64,000 bases of DNA, from the NCBI GenBank assembly GCA_964016885.1, contig OZ024745.1, positions 45,136,001 to 45,200,000 of the forward strand, in the 5' to 3' direction. This document shows positions 53,699 through 64,000 of the stretch, one piece after another (within the stretch, counting starts at the first letter, position 1; every line of letters begins with the position of its first letter). A program made the position numbers and the translations under genes. The DNA is from Eledone cirrhosa (lineage: Eukaryota). Below the pieces are notes generated by a model. That model had not been told where the DNA came from. It made no database searches and was given only the letters and a program-made list of their open reading frames with translations.

Positions 53699-54498
53699 TT
53701 TCGTCAAATTATACAGTTTCGTCACAAATGCTCGACTTAAAGGAAAATATGGCCCAAAACAAAAAGTTAGAGTTGAGTTACTTCAACAGTCACTCTTTGT
53801 GAGACTTATTCAGGTGTGAAGGCAATAAAGAGATGTAAAACAACAATAAAAACGCACTTAAAAGAACCGTAAACTAGGTAAATAGGATCTGTTAAATAAT
53901 GATAACAATGTAATAATAAATAAAAACGATAAAATCTATCTATTTGTTATTAAGGACAAAGACAAATATGTTACAAAATTCAACAATATACTTTATAAAA
54001 ACAGCAAATTCTTCAAAATCAGGAAAGACATCACTATGTAACTAGAAATTAGATTAAATAAATATATATGTGTGTAAACGCTCAAATAGGATACAATATA
54101 TAAATAGAGAATTCACCCACTCAGATACAAGTACAACAGACAGGAAAACCACACAAACCACACATTATTTATAGTACACGAACTAAATGCCCTTTGTTTA
54201 TAGAATAGATGAATATGTCATTAAAAAACTCAACTCGCAAAATATATGCATCGTATTTAACCACAAATTAATAGAATATATAACAACAAATTAAGACATA
54301 GGAAGAGAAATCTTCTTATCACCATGAAACCACAAAGTTGTAAACCACAACCACAGAACATACCTTAGACAACCAATGTATAATATACAAATTTCAATAT
54401 AAACATGACTCTTGCAAACTCCATGACTTAAACTGTTGCATCGGACACACATTTTATATACTATATAAATTCAGGCACAATTTTTTCGAAATAGCTAC

Positions 54499-54671
54499 CT
54501 TGGGTGATCCCAATACATTTCCTCCACTTCAAAAGCTCCGTGGAAGTTTTCTTCCCGAGGGCCGTCCAATACCATCTCTCCAGATTCAATTTTATTTCGG
54601 AAAACACAGCAATGAATGCCATAACGCCCACTGCTTTTGATCAAGAGGATGGAACTGGAGTTTCGTAATAA
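54499..54671 (-). CDS. Candidate internal coding exon of an unidentified gene
   Basis: ttcag| LLRNSSSILLIKSSGRYGIHCCVFRNKIESGEMVLDGPREENFHGAFEVEEMYWDHP(R) |gtagct; GC-richer than flanks; open only in this frame. Confidence 0.45.
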
Positions 54672-55661
54672 CTGAATACATGTTTATATTTTACACGAGA
54701 ATTTCATTACTTTAACTAAATGTTATAATCTACAGATAGACTTAAGATGTACACTTTATTATTAACCTCAAGACTGCAAAATATATTTTCACAGTTGGAA
54801 CCATATACTATTTTAGCAGTTTAAACATTGATAACTATTGTTTCCTTACATATCAACGAAAACATTTTCCTTCTTTTAAATTCAATTCCAGAGTCAGTCT
54901 ATATACAAGTTGGCAGTCTTAAGTTCATATCGTATTTTACAACTTTTCAAACTCTACTCGCTCATTGTCTTTAACTCGTACTTTTCTTTTCTTTTTCTCA
55001 ATATATGCATAAACACATCTATGATAAGCTTCTTTAAAAGCTCCGAATAATTCAAAGAAGAATGAAATAAATATCTATTTTTTAAAAATAAATATATATT
55101 AAATACTCTGCTGATAATATATAGAAGCTATATTTAATGTGTTGTCCTTATTATTAAGAACACGCACATCGGTGATGATTTGAATAATTAGCACTTCGGA
55201 TGAAATACATTATAATATTTCATTATGGCTCTCTGCGGTCAGCTTTCAAATCCCATCGAGGTCAACCTTGTCTTTCATCCTTCCGGAATCGATAAGTACT
55301 AGTTAACCTTCAAACTTTATTGATGTTTCTAACCGTTTATGCTGCATTGTGGTTGAGTTTAAACTAAGAAATAAATTTCGGGAAAATCCTGTTCTGATAT
55401 CTTAACTTCAAAGATTTTAAAATTGTCAAAAGTACAATTTCTTTTGAAAATAGATTACTTAGAAAGAAATAGAATAAAGCATTCTTTAAAATGTTGCATA
55501 ATTGTACATAGCTTGCCGAGGTTCTTTTATTCTTAAAAATGTTGAAACAAATAAAAACATAACTTGCATTACTTTATGAATAAACTATATTAATGATACT
55601 AGGTGTAAAAACTTTGTAACGACTAGACTATGAATTTAAGAAATTTTCGGGTTCTTCTCCA

Positions 55662-55730
55662 ACAAGTCATTTTACTATTGTGACTGTACATTTACATATA
55701 TATATATATATATATTACATATATATATAC

Positions 55731-55803
<73 letters not shown>

Positions 55804-55827
55804 GTGTGTGTGTAATGTATATATATG

Positions 55828-55880
<53 letters not shown>

Positions 55881-55911
55881 AATGTACAGTCACAATAGTA
55901 AAATGACTTGT
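55662..55911. repeat. 250-bp palindrome: flank sequence duplicated in inverted orientation around microsatellite
   Basis: ACAAGTCATTTTACTATTGTGACTGTACATTTACATA and its reverse complement; the inner microsatellite pattern is also mirrored. Confidence 0.85.
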
Positions 55912-56008
55912 AAATGACTTGTAAAAAAAAAAAAAAATATATATATATTTATACATATAAGTATGTGTGCGTGTATATATATATATATATACATATAAGT
56001 ATGTGTGC

Positions 56009-56129
<121 letters not shown>

Positions 56130-56269
56130 GGTTGTATGACTTTCCAACAAATATAAACTCTACATAATATACTGCGTACTCATTTCTTTCATTTAGACAC
56201 ACATAACACACACCTATTCTTATATATTGTAATCATGTATGTGTGCATATTTGTATATATACACACATA

Positions 56270-56321
<52 letters not shown>

Positions 56322-56323
<2 letters not shown>

Positions 56324-57266
56324 TATGTATGTATGTATGTATGTATGTATACGTACATACATATATGTATACAGAATACCGACGTACAGTAGTATGTATA
56401 TATATATATACATACATGCACACATATATATATGCACGTATCGGTTTACCGAACATTTATTATAATGCTCGGGCTGTTTGTTTGTAAACAAACAAACAGC
56501 CCGAATTACGCCGTACAGTGTTTAGGCAACCACGTGACCTTGAAACTAGTACATGGTTCCTGTGTCAGTGTTGAACAAAAAGGTGACGTGGTTGCCTAAA
56601 CACTGAACGGCGTAATTCGGGCTGTTTGTTAAACAAACCGAGTATTATAATAAATGTTCGGTAAACCGATACGTGCATATATATATGTGTGCATGTATGT
56701 ATATATATACATACTACTGTACGTCTGTATACATATATGTATGTACGTATACATACATACATACTTACATTTAAGTACCGTGCTAAGAGTGAGAAATGAA
56801 ATTTCGTTTCATTCTATTCCATTTATCGTTTTCGGTGTTCCCGGCCGACTGAACTCACTCGATATGCAAATTAGGCTGCTCAGCCGTTAATATGCATAAG
56901 GAAAGTATATACTTTCAGACGTTCAACCATCTGGCAGGAAGGTATACGATGCTGACGATAGCTAATAAGCTTGAAACTAGTACATCGTTCCTGTGTAAGT
57001 GTTGGGCAAAAAGGTGACGTGGTTGCCTAAACACTGTACGGCGTAATTCGGGCTGTTTGTTTGTTTACAAACAAACACACCGAGCATTATAATAAATGTT
57101 CGGTAAACCGATACGTGCATATATATATGTGTGCATGTATGTATATATATACATACTACTGTACGTCTGTATACATATATGTATGTACATATACATACAT
57201 ACATACTTACATTTAAGTAAGTGCCGTACTAAGAGTGAGAAATGAAATTTCGTTTCATTCTATTCC

Positions 57267-57272
<6 letters not shown>
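56322..57272 (+). mobile_element. Retrozyme-like 431-bp unit: 5' inverted segment (56322-56539) + ~1.7 tandem units
   Basis: TTGAAACTAGTACAT with GAAA at 56542 and 56973 (period 431); no ORF; ends in (TA)n. Confidence 0.8.
56946..56988 (+). ncRNA. Minimal type I hammerhead ribozyme
   Basis: ACGATG-CTGACGA-T-AGCT(AATA)AGCT-T-GAAA-CTAG-TA-CATCGT. Confidence 0.85.
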
Positions 57273-57313
<41 letters not shown>

Positions 57314-57436
57314 ATAAAATATGGAGAAAAATACTGCAGGTAGCGCATGGATAACATGTAATAAAATGAGTCCCTCATCAGTGATTTGCCGACGATCATA
57401 GATATTTCATTGCATTAAAAATCACTATATATATAT

Positions 57437-57872
57437 ATAAACGGAAAAAATGAAACGAAATTTTATTTCCCACTCTTAGTACGGCTGTTACTTAAATATA
57501 AGTACGTACACGTACATACATATATGTATACAGACGTACAGTAGTATGTATATATATATACATACATGCACATATATATATATATGTACGTATGGATTCA
57601 CCGAACATTTATTATAATGCTCGGTGTGTTTGTAAACAAACCTCCCGTATTAAGCCGTAGTATCTAGCAATCATCGTTGCTCGTTTGTTCAACACTGACA
57701 AAGGAACGCTGTACTAGTTTCAAGCTTATTAGCTATCGTCAGCAACGTATACCTTCCTGCCAGATTGTTGAACGTAGATACTTACCTTATGCATATTAAC
57801 GGCTGAGTAGCCCAATTTGCATATCGAGTGGGTTAATCGGCCGGGTGCACCGAAAACGATAAACGGAACTAT
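57437..57872 (-). mobile_element. Single circularly permuted 431-family unit with HHR at 57706-57748
   Basis: Begins and ends with TTCCGTTTAT; HHR stem I ACGTTG/CAGCGT. Confidence 0.8.
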
Positions 57873-58580
57873 ATATATATAAGTATGTGTGTATATATGT
57901 ATATATACAAATATGCACACATACATGATTACAATATATAAGAATAGATGTGTGTTATGTGTGTCTAAATGAAAGAAATGAGTACGCAGTATATTATGTA
58001 GAGTTTATATTTGTTGGAAAGTCATGCAACCATTAGTCAAAGTCTTGCTAGATACAAAGTTATATGTCAAACCGATCACATGTTAATAGCCGTATTTGAT
58101 CTGAAAGTTGAGATTTTATTTACTGTTGGCAAACTTGATTTTAACTGGGTGACACAGTCACGTAATGAAACTCCTTACAGTTGGCCAGTATGTTTCACTT
58201 CCAAACACTAGTAGAATGTAACACCTTTGTAAGATGCAAAGAATTCGTTGAGATAAATTTTCTATCGCAAAAAGTTAATTTCTTGATGTTTTCCGTGTGT
58301 TATTGTCAGATTTAGGTTTCTGAAACTGGTCCTAGCGAAATGTTCGTCTATACAGGGAGATCATCTGAGGGATACCATGGGTTGCTTTTAGGATATACAG
58401 ACACTCGGTGAGGCAGAGTGTGATTGTTTGTCTGTCTGTCTATCTGTCTGCCTGTCTGTATGTATGTGTGTGAGTATGTACATGTTCTCGGGTGTATGCT
58501 CGCGTGTTCTTGTGTGTTTGTATCAGTGTTCATGCCTTTACACTAATTTCGCTTAAAAACAGGTTCTGTTTCTTTACGCC

Positions 58581-58775
58581 TAATAATTGTTTCTACTTTT
58601 GGCACAAGGCCAGCAATTATCCAGTACATTACTGGTACTTTATTTTATCGATCCCGTAAGGATGAAAGGCAAAGTTAACCTCGGCGGGGTTTGAACTCAG
58701 AATGGAAAGGGTCGTAACTCTATGCGTCAAAGCATGGTGTCCGACTCTCTACCGATACTGCCAATCCAGTGCCTC
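58581..58775 (-). mobile_element. Full-length major-family SINE (other partial copies 39325-39450, 53185-53280, 55175-55300)
   Basis: Complete head, core and tail motifs. Confidence 0.88.
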
Positions 58776-58910
58776 AACAGATAGATATCGGTAAAATATG
58801 TAACAGACTGGGATTGATATTCCACAGTGTTCAGTGTATATACTGCTTTGCATTTCATTTCAAAGTGATCCCTTAGCTATCTAGCTACCTACCTACATAG
58901 CTACACACAC

Positions 58911-59111
58911 CAGGGGTCAGTGGAAAAGTTCATAGGCTGACCAATATACTCTCAGACCAAATGCATGACCAAATAAGGTTTATTTTTCAACACAGTCCCT
59001 AGAAAGAAACAATGCAGTTATTAATAAGTAGAGTTGAAATTAATGCATGCAAAATTTCACATCTCTCCTATCAATCTTTCATAGTCAGCCTACGAACATT
59101 TCAGTCTTGTA
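58911..59111. mobile_element. Mariner-derived MITE
   Basis: GAAAAGTTCATAGGCTGAC ... GTCAGCCTACGAACATTTC inverted termini. Confidence 0.65.
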
Positions 59112-59158
59112 CACACACACACATACACCCCCCCACACACATATAAAGGAGAAAGTTT

Positions 59159-59374
59159 AACAAGGATTTTAATTAAAACATTTAATTGATTTACGAACGT
59201 TTCTTTAGACTAACAAGAATATTCCATTTCTGATAAAATAAGTTCTCAGAATCGATTAAATACAAATAAATATATACCTTCAATGTTCATGTTATTTTAA
59301 CAGGAATGAAATATTCTTGTTAGTCTAACGAAATGGCCGTAAATCAACCCAATGCTTTAATTAAAACCTTTGTT
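59159..59374. repeat. Diverged ~83-bp inverted repeat with HHR 3'-half-like motif
   Basis: Arms 59159-59241 / 59292-59374; GAAA-TGGCCG-TA-AATCAA at ~59330. Confidence 0.65.
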
Positions 59375-59712
59375 CTCCCTCTCTCATATGCTCTGTGAGA
59401 TTGTAACACTACTGTGATTGGAAACTTACCGATTGGATTAAACTCTAAACTGTTTTTTACCTCTCTTACTGTGGATTGTAAAACTACTTTGAACTTTATG
59501 AATTGTCGTTGCCTTTATATGGTTCATTTAAACTTGTTTACAAACACACTCATATATATATATATGTAGGATAACAATAAATTGATAAGAGTCTGCGGAA
59601 ACAACGTCTCATGGACAGTTTAAGCACATGGTAATGTGTGACTCAACAAGATGTTTACGTTGGTGACAATTGTGCTTGTATTCCTATGTAAATATATCTT
59701 GGAGTAATAAAA

Positions 59713-60116
59713 AAGTTAAGAATAACATGGTTGACAAAACAAACAAGGGTATTTATTTATAGTCTTACAATTGTTTCTATGGTAGAATTGTCTACAAATT
59801 GCTAAATACTGGAGAAGTACAATTCAACTTACAATACATTTAAATTCAACCCTTTCACCAGAAACCATTAAGAAATATAAAATATATGCGTAACGGTAAA
59901 CTTAAAAATTCAAAGAGTTTGAATTTTTAAGTTTACCGTTACGCATATATTTTATATTTCTTAATGGTTTCTGATGAAAGGGTTGAATTTAAATGTATTG
60001 TAAGTTGAATTGTACTTCTCCAGTATTTAGCAATTTATAGACAATTCTACCATAGAAACAATTGTAAGACTATAAATAAATACCCTTGTTTGTTTTGTCA
60101 ACCATGTTATTCTTAA

Positions 60117-60119
<3 letters not shown>
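59713..60119. mobile_element. Near-perfect 202-bp-arm hairpin with HHR motif (59966-60071 +)
   Basis: 3-nt loop GAG at 59915-59917; GGTTT-CTGATGA-(long stem II region)-GAAA-CAATTG-TA-AGACT; ends in (TA)n. Confidence 0.85.
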
Positions 60120-60162
<43 letters not shown>

Positions 60163-61080
60163 ATCATATTTTAAAATGCACATATATATGCATTTTAAAA
60201 CTTTGTGAGTCCATTTCCTTTCCATGTATGAAGACAGCAGATTTCAGAGAAGGATAAAGAGTGAGAGAGAATGGAAGTGAGAAAGTACTTTTTTTTGTAC
60301 CGATCTTAGCGGTATTTGAACTCAGAGAGCTGAAACGAATACCGCAATGCATTCTATATCCGACGTTATATATATATATGACTTTCTCGGCGTCCGATTT
60401 AACGTGCTTGTGCATTTGGCATTTGTGTAAGCGTGTATCTGTTATTTGTTTTTGGTGATTGTTTTCAGCAGTGAGTGTCTGTGTGTCTTTGAGTTTGTAT
60501 ACAGGAGGAAAGGGAAAGTATTTGAGAGTTGAATCAGTATTATAAATAGTGATGTTATAATGTGCGAAACTAGAATATATAGACTGTGATGATAGATATG
60601 GGATGATACGTATATGTTTTAAATTTTGAATGTATATGTATATGTATGTGTGTGTATATACACTTTTGTGAAAGTGGATGCACATCGTAATAATACACCA
60701 GCACAGACATACGTATGTGACTGTGAGGAAAAGTATACGCACGTATCAGTGTATGTGATTGTGCAGGCTTATGAATGAATACGTGTGTGTCTGGCTAATA
60801 TATTTGAGAACACATTAGATGTTATTAGCTGGCTAGACTAGTTGATAGACAAATAGTTAGACAGATAGATGGCTGAACATATTATACAAATACACACATA
60901 TACTCACATAGACGCAAACGAATACACACACATTCATACATATCTTATACAGAATTGTATTAAATAATAAGTGAAATAATAGTTTCTAATTTAGGCACAA
61001 ATTGAACAGGGACAGAACAGAGAGGCAGTACAATAAATGTTTATTAAATTCACGCTCAGGAGAGTGGGGGGTAGGTGGGG

Positions 61081-61111
61081 GACGACGTTTCGGGCATAAA
61101 CCCTTCTTCAG
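61081..61111 (-). ncRNA. HHR core lacking a matching stem I
   Basis: CUGAAGA-A-GGGU(UUAU)GCCC-GAAA-CGUCG-UC. Confidence 0.55.
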
Positions 61112-61134
61112 ATGAGAAGTGTGTGGGAACAGAG

Positions 61135-61212
<78 letters not shown>

Positions 61213-61468
61213 CGGGTGTGTGGGTGTGTACATATATATATATATATATATAACGAAGGAAATGTGGTAAGGAACCAGATGGACCATAACGCACCAAAGT
61301 ACTCAATACTTAGGGGAGTAGAGTGGGTAATAGGAACAAGCATGACCCCGACGACAGAGCTCAAGCCGTTTCGACGGCTAATTCAGAATTAGCCGTTGAA
61401 ACGGCTTGAGCTCTGCCGTCGGGATCATACATGTTCCTATATATACATATATATGTACACACACACAC

Positions 61469-61523
<55 letters not shown>

Positions 61524-61753
61524 ATGTGTACATACATATATATATATGTATATATATATGTACACACACATACATTCGGACGCAACGAAACAAGTTGACA
61601 CAGGACGAGTTGTGCTTTTCGGCAAATTACACAAATAACGAAACCCCCACCCCCCCAAAAAACCCCCCAAACCAGGCAAAAATAGTATAAACCATATTAC
61701 TTCTAGGAAGGAAGAGAGAGATAGAACCGGTCCACGACAGCTTAACCAAAGAA

Positions 61754-61794
<41 letters not shown>

Positions 61795-61906
61795 GCGGTA
61801 CTGAGACAGAGGAGACCACTAATCATGCGAGTACTCGATGCATGGGGAGATGCAGTGTGGGTATAGAGATAGGTAAAATCCCGACCGGTCGGGACTTTAC
61901 ACCCCC

Positions 61907-61962
<56 letters not shown>

Positions 61963-62717
61963 CTGTGTGAGTGTGTGCACTCACGTCTGCATTTATGTTT
62001 GTGTTGTGTCCGTGCTTATGTCCTATAACTTGGTTGTTCGATAAAAAAGAGATCGATGAAATAAATACCAGACTTGAAACACTCTATACCTCAAGGAATG
62101 TACCTCAGCACGGTCATAGTCCAATGGCTAAAATCTGTAAAAGAAAAAAAAAAAAGAAAGAAATAACAGAATGTGCGCGAATATGATTATGATTATGTAA
62201 ATTTAATCGTACGTATGTCTTCAGACCGTTTCTTCCATTAGTGACCTTATTGAGTGCTTACAGAAGCACATGTCCGTAAATATTTGACTAAATACCGGGC
62301 ATTGACTGCCTGTTTCCTTTTTGTGTCGGTTGCGAACGAGGCCTCGGATGTTATCGGACCCAGGATTGCTGTGTTCTTCCGTCAAATGGTATCACATCGG
62401 TGGAAGGAGGATGGTATCACATCGGTGGAAGGAGATCCATGAGGTGGAATGGCTGATATAGCGGGTATTACTGGCTATTTGTTCTCCACGGGTGGTCTTG
62501 AGAAGTTGGTTTAGTGTCGCAGCTTAGATATACTGTCCAGCTAAAGGTGTACAGTTACTCCGCCCCACCTGTATTCTTTTCCGCCCCCCCCCTTTTCTAT
62601 TTTATTTTATTTTCCTCTTTCTTTTTGTCACTTTAAAAAAAAATTAATTCTTATGAAGTATATAATAATTTAGCTAAAATTCTAATCAAAGCGGTTGACT
62701 TTATAAGCATTGGGAAA

Positions 62718-62927
62718 TTTGAAATGTGTGCGTCCAAACGTAAGTTATCCTAATAGTAGTTGATCACTATAAATAATAACTGAGAAAATCGAGTAAATTA
62801 ACCCTGGAGACGGAAAAAGTGGACAGAGGCGTCCCTCCCACCAGAGATGTATTCGATTTTCTCAACTAGTAATTATAATGATCGACTATTATTATGGTCA
62901 TTTGCGTTGGGCTGCACACATTTCGAA
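62718..62927. mobile_element. MITE-like hairpin element (family of 10893-11335)
   Basis: Long imperfect inverted arms around GGAAAAAG.GGACAG core. Confidence 0.6.
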
Positions 62928-63262
62928 TTTCATATACTTTATCTAAGTAGGTAGGAAATGAGATTCTGTTATATTCATTCTTCAAGTGGTATCAACCAGG
63001 GATCGAAACTAGCTCGTTATGCCGGCATGTTGTGAGCTTATTTCTCTGCTGTCTGGCTCACATCAGTACTTAAATATATTGATCACTTTTGACTAAGTAC
63101 AACGAATCCCCTGTTACATATCTTATCAGGCGCAAGGATACGAAAGTTTAATTTTTCACCGGCGGGATTTGTATTTGGAAGTAGGGAGGCTATTCTTGTT
63201 AAATACATTGAATGAATATAGCGATATAGTTGACAATTGAAAGTTGAACGGGAGAGACACAT

Positions 63263-63344
<82 letters not shown>

Positions 63345-63439
63345 GTGTGTGTGTATGTATTGTTTTTGACTGATCATCCTGTGATAAGTAGATGAAACTC
63401 CATAGTAACAAGACTCACTGTTTAGCCTTAATAAAATGA

Positions 63440-63473
<34 letters not shown>

Positions 63474-63570
63474 GTAGAAGTTATATTTAATTTGTTGGGA
63501 TACAACAAGCAAATATTTTTATAACTGATATAAAGCACTCAACAAATTTTTTGAGTAAAAATACAATATA

Positions 63571-64000
63571 TTAACAAATGGAAAGTATATTTATAAAACC
63601 ATATTTATTTCATTATACATATTCCAAGGACACCAAAGCAAATTATGGTGCGCTTTCATCAGATAAAATATAATCGTTTCTACTTTTGGCACAAGGCCAG
63701 CAAATACCCAGTACATTACTGGTACTTTATTTTATCGACCCCGTAAGGATGAAAGGCAAAGTTAACCTTGGCGGGATTTGAATCAGTTTTATAAACAAAT
63801 ATTGACATACCCTTAAAGAATGCGACCGGGAGCTTCCAACCGACATGGTCGCATTCTTTAAGGGTATGTCAATATTTGTTTATAAAACTGATCTATATTA
63901 TATTTTATCTGATGAAAGCGCACCATAATTTGCTTTGGTGTCCTTGGAATATGTATAATGAAATAAATATGGTTTTATAAATATAGTTTCCATTTGTTAA
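63571..64000. mobile_element. Fold-back element with HHR motif (63901-63965), left arm interrupted by SINE (63672-63783); runs off window end
   Basis: Loop 63828-63846; TATTTTAT-CTGATGA-..CACCA/TGGTG..-GGAA-TATGTA-TA-ATGAAATA; same stem I/III as the 45231 family. Confidence 0.8.

Noticed and set aside
62386-62436. ~25-bp direct duplication ATGGTATCACATCGGTGGAAGGAG
   Set aside because: Simple local slippage duplication with no further structure.

Overview
Eukaryotic, AT- and microsatellite-rich DNA with no complete host gene. The SINE sequences and (TA)n/(CA)n density suggest a cephalopod (Octopus-like) genome; this is inference. Nearly all listed ORFs are microsatellite or satellite artefacts. 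Real content: a ~9 kb 69-bp purine-rich satellite; a cluster of L1/Tx1-type LINE 3' fragments, all inserted in (TATC)n; RTE-type LINE fragments; a near full-length decayed Penelope-like element (PLE; RT + GIY-YIG) with hammerhead-ribozyme pseudo-LTRs; Tc1/mariner relics; many tRNA-derived SINEs; and one or two candidate minus-strand exons. The main observation is about ten distinct families of type I hammerhead ribozyme (HHR) motifs, most in short non-coding inserts within (TA)n tracts. Two are ORF-less tandem or circularly permuted units (~550 nt and ~431 nt) that look like PLE-mobilised retrozymes copied from circular or multimeric RNA. Several others are long fold-back hairpins with an HHR on each arm. 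All ribozyme folds were read by eye and are untested.
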